A stretch of 64,000 bases of DNA, from the NCBI GenBank assembly GCA_963764165.1, contig CAVXRD010000002.1, forward strand, positions 3,168,001 to 3,232,000, read 5' to 3'. Position numbers and translations under genes: made by a program. Under the pieces are notes generated by a model that was not told the origin of the DNA, did no database searches, and saw only the letters and a program-made list of their open reading frames with translations. This document shows positions 1 through 10,201 of this stretch, one piece after another (the stretch's first letter is position 1; each line of letters opens with the position of its first letter). The stretch comes from an uncultured Verrucomicrobiae bacterium (GTDB taxonomy: Bacteria; Verrucomicrobiota; Verrucomicrobiia; Limisphaerales; Palsa-1400).

Positions 1-71
1 GCACAATTAGTATCCGCCTCTTCATGCGGAATTTCGAGCCTAATTGGCCCGCAAAAATTCAAAAAATATTT

Positions 72-100
72 GGGCCGGTTTTTCCGGGAATTCCGCATGA
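72..100 (+). promoter_or_regulatory. putative ECF-sigma promoter motif (copy 1)
   Basis: gggccggtttttccggg-aattccgcatga aligns loosely with the motifs at 29858, 32829 and 44181. Confidence 0.3.
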
Positions 101-106
101 CCCAGT

Positions 107-1297
107 ATGAAACCGAAATTTAAATCCATCTTCGCCGGGTTTGCCATTGCCATGGCAACAAGTTCGGCCACGGCCCAGGTGTGGACGGGCACGAGCGCGC
201 CAAATAACATTGAATGGGGCGCCATCATTGGTTCCTCGGACGGCAGCCGGTTGGTGGCGGCGTCCGGTTTCCCCACCTTTTCCGTTTACGTATCCGCTGA
301 CGGCGGCGGGACGTGGTCCCTGACCGCTCCCGTTCAGATCAGCGAGTTCACCGCTTCCGCGGACGCCATGCAAATCTATGGCTGTGAATTCAATGGCCGG
401 AGCATTTATAAGTCGCAAGACGGCGGAGTGTCATGGACGCGATTGCCCGCGCCGCAGATCAATTGGTTCGATGTGGCAATGGCGGGAGGATCGAAAGTGG
501 CCGCGCTCGGAGAAAACGGCACCCCCGGTCCGGCACAGTTTTTTACTTCCCTCGATTCCGGTCAAACCTGGACCCAGGTTATTCCACCAAACACCAACCT
601 CTATCGCATGGCCTGCTCCGCAGACGGATCGAAATTGGTTTTAACATGCACCGCCGGAATTCTTACCTCCTCGGATTTTGGCGCCACCTGGGTTCAAGGC
701 AACGCCCCCGGCGGCCAGTGGGGCGCCGTGGCTGCGTCAACCAACGGATCACGCCTCGTGGCGGTGCGAAGGGATCCCGGTGGAATATTCCAATCTGTCG
801 ACGGCGGCGTGACGTGGATCCAGACTTCCGCGCCAACGGAGGTTTGGAACTGCGTTGCCTGTTCAGCGGATGGCAACGTCGTCGTGGCCGGCGTCTACAA
901 CGGAACGCAGGGACCGCTCTACGTTTCCACCGACGGCGGGACTAATTGGAATGGCAGCAATCTTCCGAACGAGGCCTGGTATTCTGTATTCGCCTCGGGT
1001 GACGGTTCGAAATTGGCAGCCGCTTCCAGCGCCATTTCCGTGCTGAACGACGGCACCTTCTACGTCTCCGACCAAATCGCCATCACGACTCCGCGCCTGC
1101 TTTTGAACGCCACGTGCGACAATGGCGTGGCAACGATTTCGTGGCCGTGGCCGGCGGATGGATTCGTGTTGCAACAAAAGCCGTCCGCCGAGTCAAGCCA
1201 ATGGACAGACGTCACCAATACGCCGTTTGTCACCAATTACCAGTCCTTCGTGACTTTGCCCCTTGCCAGCGAAGCGCTGTTTCGATTGAAAAAATAA
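107..1297 (+). CDS. secreted BNR/Asp-box repeat beta-propeller protein with C-terminal beta-sandwich (sorting-like) domain
   Basis: Signal peptide; repeated SxDGGxTW Asp-boxes; C-terminal ISWP..GFVLQQ..W..V...LFRL tail. Confidence 0.8.
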   Translation: MKPKFKSIFAGFAIAMATSSATAQVWTGTSAPNNIEWGAIIGSSDGSRLVAASGFPTFSVYVSADGGGTWSLTAPVQISEFTASADAMQIYGCEFNGRSIYKSQDGGVSWTRLPAPQINWFDVAMAGGSKVAALGENGTPGPAQFFTSLDSGQTWTQVIPPNTNLYRMACSADGSKLVLTCTAGILTSSDFGATWVQGNAPGGQWGAVAASTNGSRLVAVRRDPGGIFQSVDGGVTWIQTSAPTEVWNCVACSADGNVVVAGVYNGTQGPLYVSTDGGTNWNGSNLPNEAWYSVFASGDGSKLAAASSAISVLNDGTFYVSDQIAITTPRLLLNATCDNGVATISWPWPADGFVLQQKPSAESSQWTDVTNTPFVTNYQSFVTLPLASEALFRLKK

Positions 1298-1345
1298 CGA
1301 TCGGAAAAAACGTTCCAGTTCTCCGCGAAGGCGGGCTCAAAACTA

Positions 1346-3511
1346 TTATTGACTCACCGGTGCATTGGTCATCACCCACTGTGTTGCGGCAGCGTCGAGA
1401 TGATTGGCTTTTTGCAGAAGCGAATCCGCTTCCGTTGCGCGGCCGAAATGCCGCGCGACCAGAGAGTGAATCGCCAGTTCGAGCGCGCTGGGCTCGCGCG
1501 CCTGCTTTTCAAATTTGTCCAGCGTGTTGGACGCGCCCTCAAATTGGCCGAGCCGGATTTGATCGAGGGCCAGGCTCAGAAAAGCGTGCTGGCTTGGCGG
1601 ATTGCAATCGATGCCGCGCTGGAACGCCTGCATGGCAAGATTTGTTTGCTGGAGACGGTCCAGCGTGATGCCGTAATTGTTCCAGACGTTGGCGTCCAGC
1701 GGGTCCATTTGCAGCGCTTGTTCGAGTTGCGCGCGAGCCGCAGGCAGGCGATCCATCGCGAGCAGCACATTGCCACGCTCGTGAAGGGAGGTCGCATCGG
1801 TCGGATCGAGCGCGATGCTTTTGTCCAAATCCGCCAGAGCTTCCGGGAAGCGCCCTTTTTCAAACGAAGCGACGGAACGAAAAAGATAATCGCGGGCAAA
1901 GGTTGGCAATTGCGCGTGAAACCAATTCGGCAGCGAAATGGCAGCCATGCATGCCGCGCTCGCCATCAGGCCTGCGCACTGTTTCCATTGTTGTTGACGC
2001 AGCGTTTCGATGAACCACGCCAATCCTCCACCGCCCAGGACCGCCATTGCCGGCCAAAGTGGATACCGGTAGCGGTCGCATATGAAAAAGCCGATGTCCG
2101 CCGCGGCGTAAAGCGCCAGATAAATCAGCACCACGAAGAGCGGCTCGCAGCGGCCCAATCGAAGCGCCGCCCAAATGCCGGCGGGCGCAAGCATGAGCAG
2201 CACCACCCACCGCACCGGCAGCCAGCGAAGCCAACCGAACTCCATTTGCAAAAAAGCGAACGCTTTGTTGTTGGGAACCTCCGCATTCCAAAACATCAAC
2301 CAAGTCTTCTTCGCCATGAGATGCAGCCAATGCGCCGGGTCGGCCTTGATTTCGAGAATCGCCTGGTGCGTCCAATATTTTGATATAGCCATCGGATCGG
2401 AATCCGGTGGCCGCCCCGCGGCCTGCATCGCCGCCGCATATTCCTGCCGCGCCCACACTTCCACCGAATCCTCGTATTCCTCGCTGTAATCGACGCGCCG
2501 ATTCAATTCCACCGTCATCCCGTCGGCTTTGCGTTTGTTGCCGAGATAAAGATTGACGCCTCCCGCCGAGGGGATTGCTTGCAGACGATCGGATTGCATT
2601 TTATTGACAAAAGCCCATGGAATTCCCATGAGCACCCCGCCTGCCAGCGCCCACAGCGGAACCAGCGCAGCCCAACGCCGCGAATTCCACCAGCGCCACG
2701 CGGCCAGCGACGGATACACCGCCATGAAGACGAGAATATTCGGGCGCGCCTGCGCCGTGAGAACGGTCACAGCACCGCAGAGAATCCAAAGCAGCGCGCA
2801 TTTGTAGGCCGGGTCCCCTGACCCGGCGGTTGCGGGTGTATTGGCAACGTTGTCATCCGAATTCACCTTTCCTGGTCTAAGCTGTTCCCCGCCGGGTGAG
2901 GGCACCCGGCCTGCAACAGGAGGCTCCCGCCGAGCCGTCCCCGTTGCATCAAATTCCGCCGTTCGTATGACAAGCCAAACACCGAGAAAAATCAGGAATA
3001 TATAACTCGATTCAATCAGCAACTCCCCCTCGAAATAAAGCGGCACCGGCGCGAGCAAATACAAAGCCCCTCCCAAGATTCCGCACACGCGATTCCGAAA
3101 AACGCGAGCGCCAATCAGCGCCACCAAAATCCCGGTGAAGATTCCCAGCAAATGCTGCGTCACAATAGCCAAATCCACTCCATGCGCGCCGCCGATTTTA
3201 TAAATGGCCGCGAGGAACATCGGATAAAGCAGCGGACGCAGCCCGCGCAGCAAATGCAAATCGCGTCCCGATTCGATCATGCGCGCCGCCATGTCGTAAT
3301 ACTTTTGGTCGAGCGTCGGCACTCCGAAGGAAGGCGAGTGCGCGTGCTCCAGCAGAAAGCCGGTGCGGACGATCAAGCCTAGCAGGAAAAGATAAAGAAG
3401 CCAGCTTCTGAATCGTTCCGGCGAAATGTCCCTCCCAAAAAGCGCCTCTGGCTTGGCGGGAATTTTGGCCCCGCTCGATATTGCGTCTCGTTCCGGCGCA
3501 TTCGGATTCAT
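1346..3511 (-). CDS. GT-C (ArnT/PMT-like) membrane glycosyltransferase with C-terminal TPRs
   Basis: Many TM helices; LDQKYYD, RPLLYPMFL, GGVNLYLGN and DRYRYP motifs; TPR repeats; carries an in-frame REP insert. Confidence 0.8.
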   Translation of the reverse strand: MNPNAPERDAISSGAKIPAKPEALFGRDISPERFRSWLLYLFLLGLIVRTGFLLEHAHSPSFGVPTLDQKYYDMAARMIESGRDLHLLRGLRPLLYPMFLAAIYKIGGAHGVDLAIVTQHLLGIFTGILVALIGARVFRNRVCGILGGALYLLAPVPLYFEGELLIESSYIFLIFLGVWLVIRTAEFDATGTARREPPVAGRVPSPGGEQLRPGKVNSDDNVANTPATAGSGDPAYKCALLWILCGAVTVLTAQARPNILVFMAVYPSLAAWRWWNSRRWAALVPLWALAGGVLMGIPWAFVNKMQSDRLQAIPSAGGVNLYLGNKRKADGMTVELNRRVDYSEEYEDSVEVWARQEYAAAMQAAGRPPDSDPMAISKYWTHQAILEIKADPAHWLHLMAKKTWLMFWNAEVPNNKAFAFLQMEFGWLRWLPVRWVVLLMLAPAGIWAALRLGRCEPLFVVLIYLALYAAADIGFFICDRYRYPLWPAMAVLGGGGLAWFIETLRQQQWKQCAGLMASAACMAAISLPNWFHAQLPTFARDYLFRSVASFEKGRFPEALADLDKSIALDPTDATSLHERGNVLLAMDRLPAARAQLEQALQMDPLDANVWNNYGITLDRLQQTNLAMQAFQRGIDCNPPSQHAFLSLALDQIRLGQFEGASNTLDKFEKQAREPSALELAIHSLVARHFGRATEADSLLQKANHLDAAATQWVMTNAPVSQ
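2804..2941. repeat. inverted REP pair (GTAG-type) plus adjacent hairpin, inside a CDS
   Basis: GTAGGCCGGGTCCCCTGACCCGGCG (2804-2828), inverted copy cgccgggtgagggcacccggcctgc (2890-2914), then ggctcccgccgagcc hairpin. Confidence 0.75.
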
Positions 3512-4428
3512 TGCGGCTTGGCGGCGGCGATGATATCGGCGACAAATTCATCCACCGTCCACTTGTTGCCGCCGACGATATTGCGGATGCGCCCGTTCGG
3601 GGCGACGACGACGGTGCGCAGGTTGTGGCCGATGCTGCCGTCCTCGGTCCAGTAATTCTCGCCCATCTGGTCCGCCAATCCGCCGATTTGCTCGGGAGAA
3701 CCGGTCAGGAAACTCCAGTGCGCGCTGTTGTAATTCACGGATGTGCCGTAATCCGCCAGATGCGCGGGCGTGTCGCGCTTCGGGTCGAACGAAATGGAAT
3801 ACAGATGCCAATGCGCGGGCGCGTTGGTGGCAGCTTCCAAGGCGCGTTCGGCCTCGCCGAATTGCAGGGTCATCTTTGGGCAAAAATCCGGGTAGGGGCA
3901 GCTTGTAAAGAAGAAGGTGAAGGCGATCACTTCGCCTTTTAATTTGGCGAGGTTGACGGCCTGGCCCAATTCGTTGGTGAGGGTGTATTCCGGGAGCGGG
4001 TCGCCGGGAACCAGCGGCTCGAGCGCGTGCGTCAGCGTTATGGAGGACGAATTCGTCGTATAGGACCAATTGGTCGTATTGGTCGTATTCAGCCTCACCA
4101 GAGACTGAATCCACCCTTCCTTCGGAGTGACCGCCAGTTGGAAAGAAACGGCATCTCCCGGCTGAATCCCGCGCAGGATATTGGTATCCTTCACCTCAAA
4201 CGGCATCACCATCGCATCCATATAGCCGGGGATTTTTTCGTGGCGGATCACGACGCTTTTGCCATCAGAGGGCAGCTCCTTCACCACACCTTTGACGGAA
4301 TAAATGTTTGTTCCGGCGCCATCCGCCACTGCATTGCGCTGGCAATTTCCAAGGAAAAACAATAAAACTAATGCTGCACCTATGGAAGAAGCTGCGCGGT
4401 CGAACAAGTTGCGCCAAACAAATCGCAA
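3508..4428 (-). CDS. CusF-like copper-binding domain fused to SCO family protein
   Basis: HEKIPGYMDAMVMPF (CusF-like); FTSCPYPDFCP, SISFDP.RDTP and GHNLRT (SCO). Start uncertain: TTG 4428 chosen because the ORF-track start overlaps ppdK. Confidence 0.85.
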   Translation of the reverse strand: MRFVWRNLFDRAASSIGAALVLLFFLGNCQRNAVADGAGTNIYSVKGVVKELPSDGKSVVIRHEKIPGYMDAMVMPFEVKDTNILRGIQPGDAVSFQLAVTPKEGWIQSLVRLNTTNTTNWSYTTNSSSITLTHALEPLVPGDPLPEYTLTNELGQAVNLAKLKGEVIAFTFFFTSCPYPDFCPKMTLQFGEAERALEAATNAPAHWHLYSISFDPKRDTPAHLADYGTSVNYNSAHWSFLTGSPEQIGGLADQMGENYWTEDGSIGHNLRTVVVAPNGRIRNIVGGNKWTVDEFVADIIAAAKPQ

Positions 4429-4538
4429 TTTCAGGCGTGCTAAATCAGAGAAACTGAATTTGACTGTGGGTGACGCTTTGCTAAAGTCAGCAGACGTTTC
4501 GACGTCGCCCCCGGGCGAGTTTTTACAGGACATTTTAT

Positions 4539-7295
4539 ATGGCAAAATCATCAAGTTCCGAAAAATATGTATATCTGTTCGGCAATAAAAAAGCCGACGG
4601 CCACGGAGGCATGAAGCCCCTCCTGGGCGGCAAAGGAGCCAATCTTGCGGAAATGACCCGCATCGGCCTCCCCGTTCCTCCCGGCTTTACCATCACCACG
4701 GAAGTATGCACTTATTATTACGCCCATGGGCGGACTTATCCAAAACAATTGTGGGCGGAGGTCAAGGCCGCCGTCGCCAACACCGAAAAAATTCTCGGCA
4801 AGAAATTCGGCGACACCCAAAAGCCCCTGCTGGTGGCAGTGCGCTCGGGCGCACGGGATTCGATGCCGGGCATGATGGACACCATCTTGAACCTCGGCTT
4901 GAACGACCAGACTGTTCTGGCCCTGGAGAAGGTCAGCAATAATCCGCGCTTCGCGTGGGATTGCTACCGCCGCTTCATCCAAATGTATGGCGACGTCGTC
5001 ATGGGCGTCCAGAAAGCCCCCGGCGAAGACCACGAACCTTTTGAAACCGTCATCGACGGCTTGAAGGCCGAGCTGTTCCCCAAGGAAAAGCACGTTGAAG
5101 ACACGCGCATTGACCACGCTGGTTTGCAGGAATTGGTCAAGCGTTTCAAAGCACTAATCAAGGAACGCACGAAGAAAGAATTCCCGACCGACCCGTGGAA
5201 GCAATTGGAAGGCGCCGTCAGCGCCGTGTTCGGCTCCTGGATGAACGACCGCGCGATTGTTTACCGCCAGAAATATAACATCCCCACCGAATGGGGAACT
5301 GCCGTCAACGTCCAGTCCATGGTGTTCGGCAATACTGGTGAAAAGTCCGGTTCCGGCGTTGCCTTCACCCGCGACCCGGCGAGCGGCGAAAAAGTGTTCT
5401 ACGGCGAATTCCTCATCAACGCCCAAGGCGAAGACGTTGTGGCCGGCGTTCGCACACCCAATCCGGTGGCGGAATTGGCCGCGATCATGCCCGCCGCCGC
5501 AAAAGAACTGGAAAAAGTCCGCCAGACTTTGGAAAGCCATTTCCGCGATGTGCAGGACTTCGAGTTCACCATCGAAGATGGCAAATTGTTCATGCTCCAA
5601 ACCCGCAATGGCAAACGCACCGGCCTCGCCGCCGTTCGCTTCGCTGTCGAAATGGAGAAGGAAAAACTCATTAGCTGGGAGGAAGCCGTCCAACGCGTGC
5701 CTGCCGAACAGCTCGACCAGGTTCTCGCGCCCGTGTTTGACCGCGCGGCCATCAAAGCGGCCAAGGTCATCGCCAAAGGTTTGCCCGCCGGTCCCGGCGC
5801 GGCCACTGGAAAAATCTATTTCAACGCTGACCGCGCTGTTGAAGCCGCCCACAAAGGCGAAAAAGTTCTCCTCGTCCGTCTCGAGACTTCGCCCGAAGAT
5901 CTTCGCGGCATGATCGCCGCGGAAGGCATCCTGACGGCCCGCGGCGGTGTCAGTTCGCACGCGGCCCTCGTCGCCCGCCAGATGGGCAAAGTCTGCGTCT
6001 GCGGGGCGAGCGCGCTGCACGTCGATTATTCTGCCCGCAAATTGGAAGTTGGCGGCAAGAAGTATAATGAAGGCGATTTCCTCTCCATTGATGGCACCTC
6101 CGGCGAAGTTTACGAAGGCGAGTTGAAAACCGCGCCTTCAGAAATCATCCAGGTGCTCATCGCCAAGACGCTCCAACCGAAGGAAAGCAAGACGTATCAG
6201 AACTTCGCGCAATTGATGAAGTGGTGCGACAAAGCCACCCGCATGCAAGTGCGCACGAACGCGGATTCGCCCGAGCAGGTTGCCAACGCTCTCGGCTTTG
6301 GCGCGGTCGGCATCGGCCTTTGCCGCACGGAACACATGTTCTTTGAAGGCAACCGCATCGACGCCATGCGCGAAATGATCCTGGCGGACAGCTTGGAAGC
6401 GCGCAAAGCGGCGCTCGCCAAATTGCTGCCATATCAGCGCGACGACTTCGCCGGAATTTTCCGCGAATTGAAAGGGTTGCCTGCGACCATCCGCACGCTC
6501 GACCCACCCTTGCACGAATTCCTCCCGCACGACGGAGCGGCCCAGGCGGACCTCGCCAAGAAGATGGGCGTGCCCGTCGAGAAAATCTCCAAGCGCGTGG
6601 CTGAATTGCATGAATTCAACCCGATGCTTGGATTGCGCGGTTGCCGTTTGGGAATCACCTTCCCTGAAATCACGGAGATGCAGACACGCGCCATCATCGA
6701 GGCGGCCATCATCGTGCAGAAGGAAGGCATCCCGGTGAAGCCCGAGATCATGATCGTTCTCGTCGGCTTCCCGAAGGAACTCCTGCAGCAGTTGGAGATC
6801 GTCAACAAGACGGCCAAGCTGGTAATGGAAGAGAAGAAGACCAAGGTCAAATACATGGTCGGCACGATGATCGAAATCCCCCGCGGCGCCCTTGCGGCCG
6901 ACGAGATCGCGAAGGACGCGCAGTTCTTCAGCTTCGGCACCAACGACCTGACCCAGACGTGCCTCGGCATGAGCCGCGACGATTCGGGCTCGTTCCTGCC
7001 ACGTTACCAGGAATTGGAGATCATCAAGCAGAACCCGTTCGCCACGATTGACCAATCCGGCGTCGGCGCACTGGTAAAGATCGCGGTTGAAAAAGGCCGC
7101 CAGACACGCCCCGACATCAAGCTCGGCATCTGCGGCGAACACGGTGGCGATCCAGCCAGCGTGAAGTTCTTCCACCGCGTCGGCTTGAGCTACGTGAGCT
7201 GCTCGCCCTTCCGCGTCCCGATCGCCCGCCTCGCCGCCGCCCAGGCTGCGCTGGAGGAAAAGGCCGCGGCCAAGGCTCCGGCCAAGAAAAAGTAA
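4539..7295 (+). CDS. ppdK: pyruvate, phosphate dikinase
   Basis: [39 protein letters not shown] (phospho-His), [17 protein letters not shown]. Confidence 0.98.
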   Translation: MAKSSSSEKYVYLFGNKKADGHGGMKPLLGGKGANLAEMTRIGLPVPPGFTITTEVCTYYYAHGRTYPKQLWAEVKAAVANTEKILGKKFGDTQKPLLVAVRSGARDSMPGMMDTILNLGLNDQTVLALEKVSNNPRFAWDCYRRFIQMYGDVVMGVQKAPGEDHEPFETVIDGLKAELFPKEKHVEDTRIDHAGLQELVKRFKALIKERTKKEFPTDPWKQLEGAVSAVFGSWMNDRAIVYRQKYNIPTEWGTAVNVQSMVFGNTGEKSGSGVAFTRDPASGEKVFYGEFLINAQGEDVVAGVRTPNPVAELAAIMPAAAKELEKVRQTLESHFRDVQDFEFTIEDGKLFMLQTRNGKRTGLAAVRFAVEMEKEKLISWEEAVQRVPAEQLDQVLAPVFDRAAIKAAKVIAKGLPAGPGAATGKIYFNADRAVEAAHKGEKVLLVRLETSPEDLRGMIAAEGILTARGGVSSHAALVARQMGKVCVCGASALHVDYSARKLEVGGKKYNEGDFLSIDGTSGEVYEGELKTAPSEIIQVLIAKTLQPKESKTYQNFAQLMKWCDKATRMQVRTNADSPEQVANALGFGAVGIGLCRTEHMFFEGNRIDAMREMILADSLEARKAALAKLLPYQRDDFAGIFRELKGLPATIRTLDPPLHEFLPHDGAAQADLAKKMGVPVEKISKRVAELHEFNPMLGLRGCRLGITFPEITEMQTRAIIEAAIIVQKEGIPVKPEIMIVLVGFPKELLQQLEIVNKTAKLVMEEKKTKVKYMVGTMIEIPRGALAADEIAKDAQFFSFGTNDLTQTCLGMSRDDSGSFLPRYQELEIIKQNPFATIDQSGVGALVKIAVEKGRQTRPDIKLGICGEHGGDPASVKFFHRVGLSYVSCSPFRVPIARLAAAQAALEEKAAAKAPAKKK

Positions 7296-7323
7296 GCCAC
7301 GAGCCGATAGAATATCGCAACAT

Positions 7324-7355
7324 GAGCGCCCGCCGATTCCGGTGGGCGCTTTTTT
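7324..7355 (+). terminator. rho-independent terminator after ppdK
   Basis: agcgcccgccg-attc-cggtgggcgct followed by a T-run. Confidence 0.85.
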
Positions 7356-7496
7356 GTGGCTGGTTTGCTGTTCCCCATTTTTCACACGTTTTCAAAAACA
7401 CTTTTTCAAAAAGCAGGTGCAATCAGGCGCGATTTGCCGTTACACTACTAGTAGCCGTGTTCGATCTTGGTTTGTGATTCAGTGGCATCCCAACTT

Positions 7497-8432
7497 ATGA
7501 AAAAGTGCCCCATTTGCGGAGCTGTTTACGATGATCTATACACAATGTGCCGGGACGGCGGAAAACTCGTGGACGCACCCGGTGCAGTCGCAGAGGTTCC
7601 GACACCGGCCTCGATCTCACACAGATTGCCGCAAACCCAACCAGTGAGGGCAGTCACGGCGTCCGAACTTTCGGGTCGTGAAAAGGAGTTGCTGGCTGTA
7701 GCATTGGCCTTTCGCGCCAGAAATGTTTTCTTCTGGTTGGCCGCCGGCGGCGTATCGGCGTGGGCCGTTCCAGTTGTGGAATCGTGGGCCGGCGAACAGC
7801 TACCAAGGGCTCTCTCAAACCTAACTTTTGCGATTTGGGTGGGAATGCCTGTAATTTGCCTTATTCCGTGCGCAACGTCTCTTTACAGGCTGCTCAAAGT
7901 CGTCAAGGGGTGGCAAAAACATGCGTTATGGGTTTTTGTTCCCATCTCAGTGGTTCCGATTTTTGGGGTGTTGGTTTATGTATATTTCTACAAGTTTTCA
8001 AGCCAGATTCTTGGACTCGGAGGCCCTGACGCCGCTCCGCTCTTCTCGCCGATGCGGCGATGCGTCTGTGGGAAAATGATGAAGGCGGTGTCCGTGAAGC
8101 AGTGGACTAAGTTTGTCAGCGGGGCCAAATCCGGGTACGAGCTGACATTCAAGTGCGACAAGTGCAACGAGACGGTTGTGCTGCCCTCCGGGACTCGGGT
8201 GGCTCAATGTCTGGTCGCAGCCATGCTTGGTCCAATGGGTGTGGTTTGCATTTACAATGGCGTTCGACATGGCTCGATTGGGAACTGCATCATCGGAGCG
8301 GCCCTTCTCGCGGCTGGGATTTGGAGCCTGCTTATTCTCATCAAATCCATTAAGAATATGCTGATTTATCGCGAAATCGACATGGTTACCAAGATAAAGG
8401 CGCTCGCGATATCGATACGTGAGCAGCCATGA
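7497..8432 (+). CDS. hypothetical membrane protein with two Cys-rich (zinc-ribbon-like) segments
   Basis: ATG 7497 MKKCPICG..CRDG; several TM helices; CVCG...CDKC. Confidence 0.6.
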   Translation: MKKCPICGAVYDDLYTMCRDGGKLVDAPGAVAEVPTPASISHRLPQTQPVRAVTASELSGREKELLAVALAFRARNVFFWLAAGGVSAWAVPVVESWAGEQLPRALSNLTFAIWVGMPVICLIPCATSLYRLLKVVKGWQKHALWVFVPISVVPIFGVLVYVYFYKFSSQILGLGGPDAAPLFSPMRRCVCGKMMKAVSVKQWTKFVSGAKSGYELTFKCDKCNETVVLPSGTRVAQCLVAAMLGPMGVVCIYNGVRHGSIGNCIIGAALLAAGIWSLLILIKSIKNMLIYREIDMVTKIKALAISIREQP

Positions 8433-8683
8433 ACGTGGCGCGTAGAGGCTATCGGCGCGTCCATGATGCTTTGCCCATCCTTCGCGCCTTCGCCCATTCT
8501 TTGGGAAAATAAAATAATCTGGAACATCAGGAATGATCCCGATTTGTTTATCGGACGATGGACGCGAGGTGGATTCTGGAAGAAATGCTTAATGGCGGAC
8601 CCGATTTAGCGACGCGCGTGAAACCAACTTCCGTCTCTCTGTACCTGCATTGCGATGAATCGGCGCGGACGCAGTTATCCGAT

Positions 8684-8705
8684 CTATTTTCAAAACGCGC
8701 TCTTA
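8684..8705. repeat. isolated right end of the MITE found at 41775-41938
   Basis: ctattttcaaaacgcgctctta vs ctattttcaaaacacgctctta. Confidence 0.6.
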
Positions 8706-8748
8706 TTGGCTTTCGGCGCTTCGCGGTTGGGAATATGCTCCAAACATT

Positions 8749-9153
8749 ATGACCATTCAGGTGGCGGTACTGTGCGATGCGGCGACGGATTACAGCGGGA
8801 AGCTCAATGTTCTCGGCACTTTCGACACCATTTACGCGACAGAAATTCCCATGCAGCACCCGCAATTTGCCATCGCCGTCCGGGTCGCCTTTGACCGGCA
8901 TGAAGAGGGAAATCACGCTCTGCATATCAATTTCGTGGATGAGGACGGCCAGCCGATCATGAAGAGCATGGATGTCCCGGTGGATGTCCAATTTCCCGCC
9001 GACGCCACGTTTGTTTCGCGGAATGTCGTGGTGAACATCATCCAATTGAATTTCCCCCAGCCGGGGCTTTACTCGATCGACCTTTCGCTGGATGACCGGC
9101 CGCTGGCTGGAATTCCGCTGGCGGTAAAACAATTGATGCAGAAGCACGCTTGA
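8749..9153 (+). CDS. DUF6941-like small beta-sandwich protein
   Basis: LCDAATDYSGKLNVLGTFDTI...FPQPGLYSI pattern. Confidence 0.7.
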   Translation: MTIQVAVLCDAATDYSGKLNVLGTFDTIYATEIPMQHPQFAIAVRVAFDRHEEGNHALHINFVDEDGQPIMKSMDVPVDVQFPADATFVSRNVVVNIIQLNFPQPGLYSIDLSLDDRPLAGIPLAVKQLMQKHA

Positions 9154-9172
9154 TTCGTTAAATTGACTCCCG

Positions 9173-10201
9173 ATGTTTTCCGATTTTCCAAACCAGGCAC
9201 GCATCGTTCAACTGCTGCAACGCAGTCTGGAGCGCGACCGGCTCGCCCACGCCTATTTGTTTTCCGGCGGGTCGCTCGGCGAGCTGGAAAATGTCGCGCG
9301 CACGCTCGCCAAGACGGTGAATTGCCTTTCGCCGGCGCGCCGCTCGCCGAACGGCCTGCCGCTCGATAGCTGCGACCGTTGCGATCAATGCCGCCGCATT
9401 GACGATCTGAACCATCCCGACGTGACGTGGATTCGGCCGGAATCGAAATCGCGCGTCATCACCATCGACGTGATGCGCGATTTGATGCACACCATCAATT
9501 TGAAGCCGACTTCGGCCATTTATAAGGTTGGAATTCTGGTGGCGGCGGATCGGTTGAATATTCAGGCGGCGAATTCGTTTCTGAAAACGCTGGAAGAGCC
9601 GCCGCCGCGAAGTTTATTGATATTATTGACAACGGAGCCGCAGCGGATGCTGGAGACGATCATCTCGCGCTGCCTGCGGCTGTCGTTTGCCGACACAGGC
9701 GCGAAATTTGACGCGGCGCAGACGGATTGGCTGGGCGCGTTCACGAGCATGGTTGCGGAAGGGGCAGGCGGCTTGATGGCGCGGTATCGGTTGCTCGGCC
9801 TCCTCATGAAAAAGCTGGCGGAGCAAAAGGGAGAGATTGAAAAAGCTCTTGCCGCGCGCTCGCCGCTGGAGCGTTACGACGACCTGGAGCCGGCCATGCG
9901 CGAACGGCTCGAGGATGAATTGTCGGCGGCGGTTGAAGCGGAGTACCGCCGCCAGCGGGCCGAACTGCTTGGCGTTTTGCAGTGGTGGCTGCGCGATATC
10001 TGGCTGCAGAGTCTCAATGCCGGCGCGGAGATGCTTTCGTTTCCGACGTTTGCGGCGGCGGCGCAAGCTGTCGCCAGGCGCATCCCTGCCACCGAAGCGC
10101 GGCGGAATTTGGAGGAAATGGATCGCCTGCAGCGCCAGCTCCACAGCAACGTCCAGGAAGCGCTCGCGCTCGAAGTGGGCCTCTTGAAACTGCGACTGTA
10201 A
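9173..10201 (+). CDS. holB: DNA polymerase III subunit delta-prime
   Basis: AHAYLFSG, C..CDQC, NHPDV, AANSFLKTLEEPP, TIISRC. Confidence 0.93.
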   Translation: MFSDFPNQARIVQLLQRSLERDRLAHAYLFSGGSLGELENVARTLAKTVNCLSPARRSPNGLPLDSCDRCDQCRRIDDLNHPDVTWIRPESKSRVITIDVMRDLMHTINLKPTSAIYKVGILVAADRLNIQAANSFLKTLEEPPPRSLLILLTTEPQRMLETIISRCLRLSFADTGAKFDAAQTDWLGAFTSMVAEGAGGLMARYRLLGLLMKKLAEQKGEIEKALAARSPLERYDDLEPAMRERLEDELSAAVEAEYRRQRAELLGVLQWWLRDIWLQSLNAGAEMLSFPTFAAAAQAVARRIPATEARRNLEEMDRLQRQLHSNVQEALALEVGLLKLRL

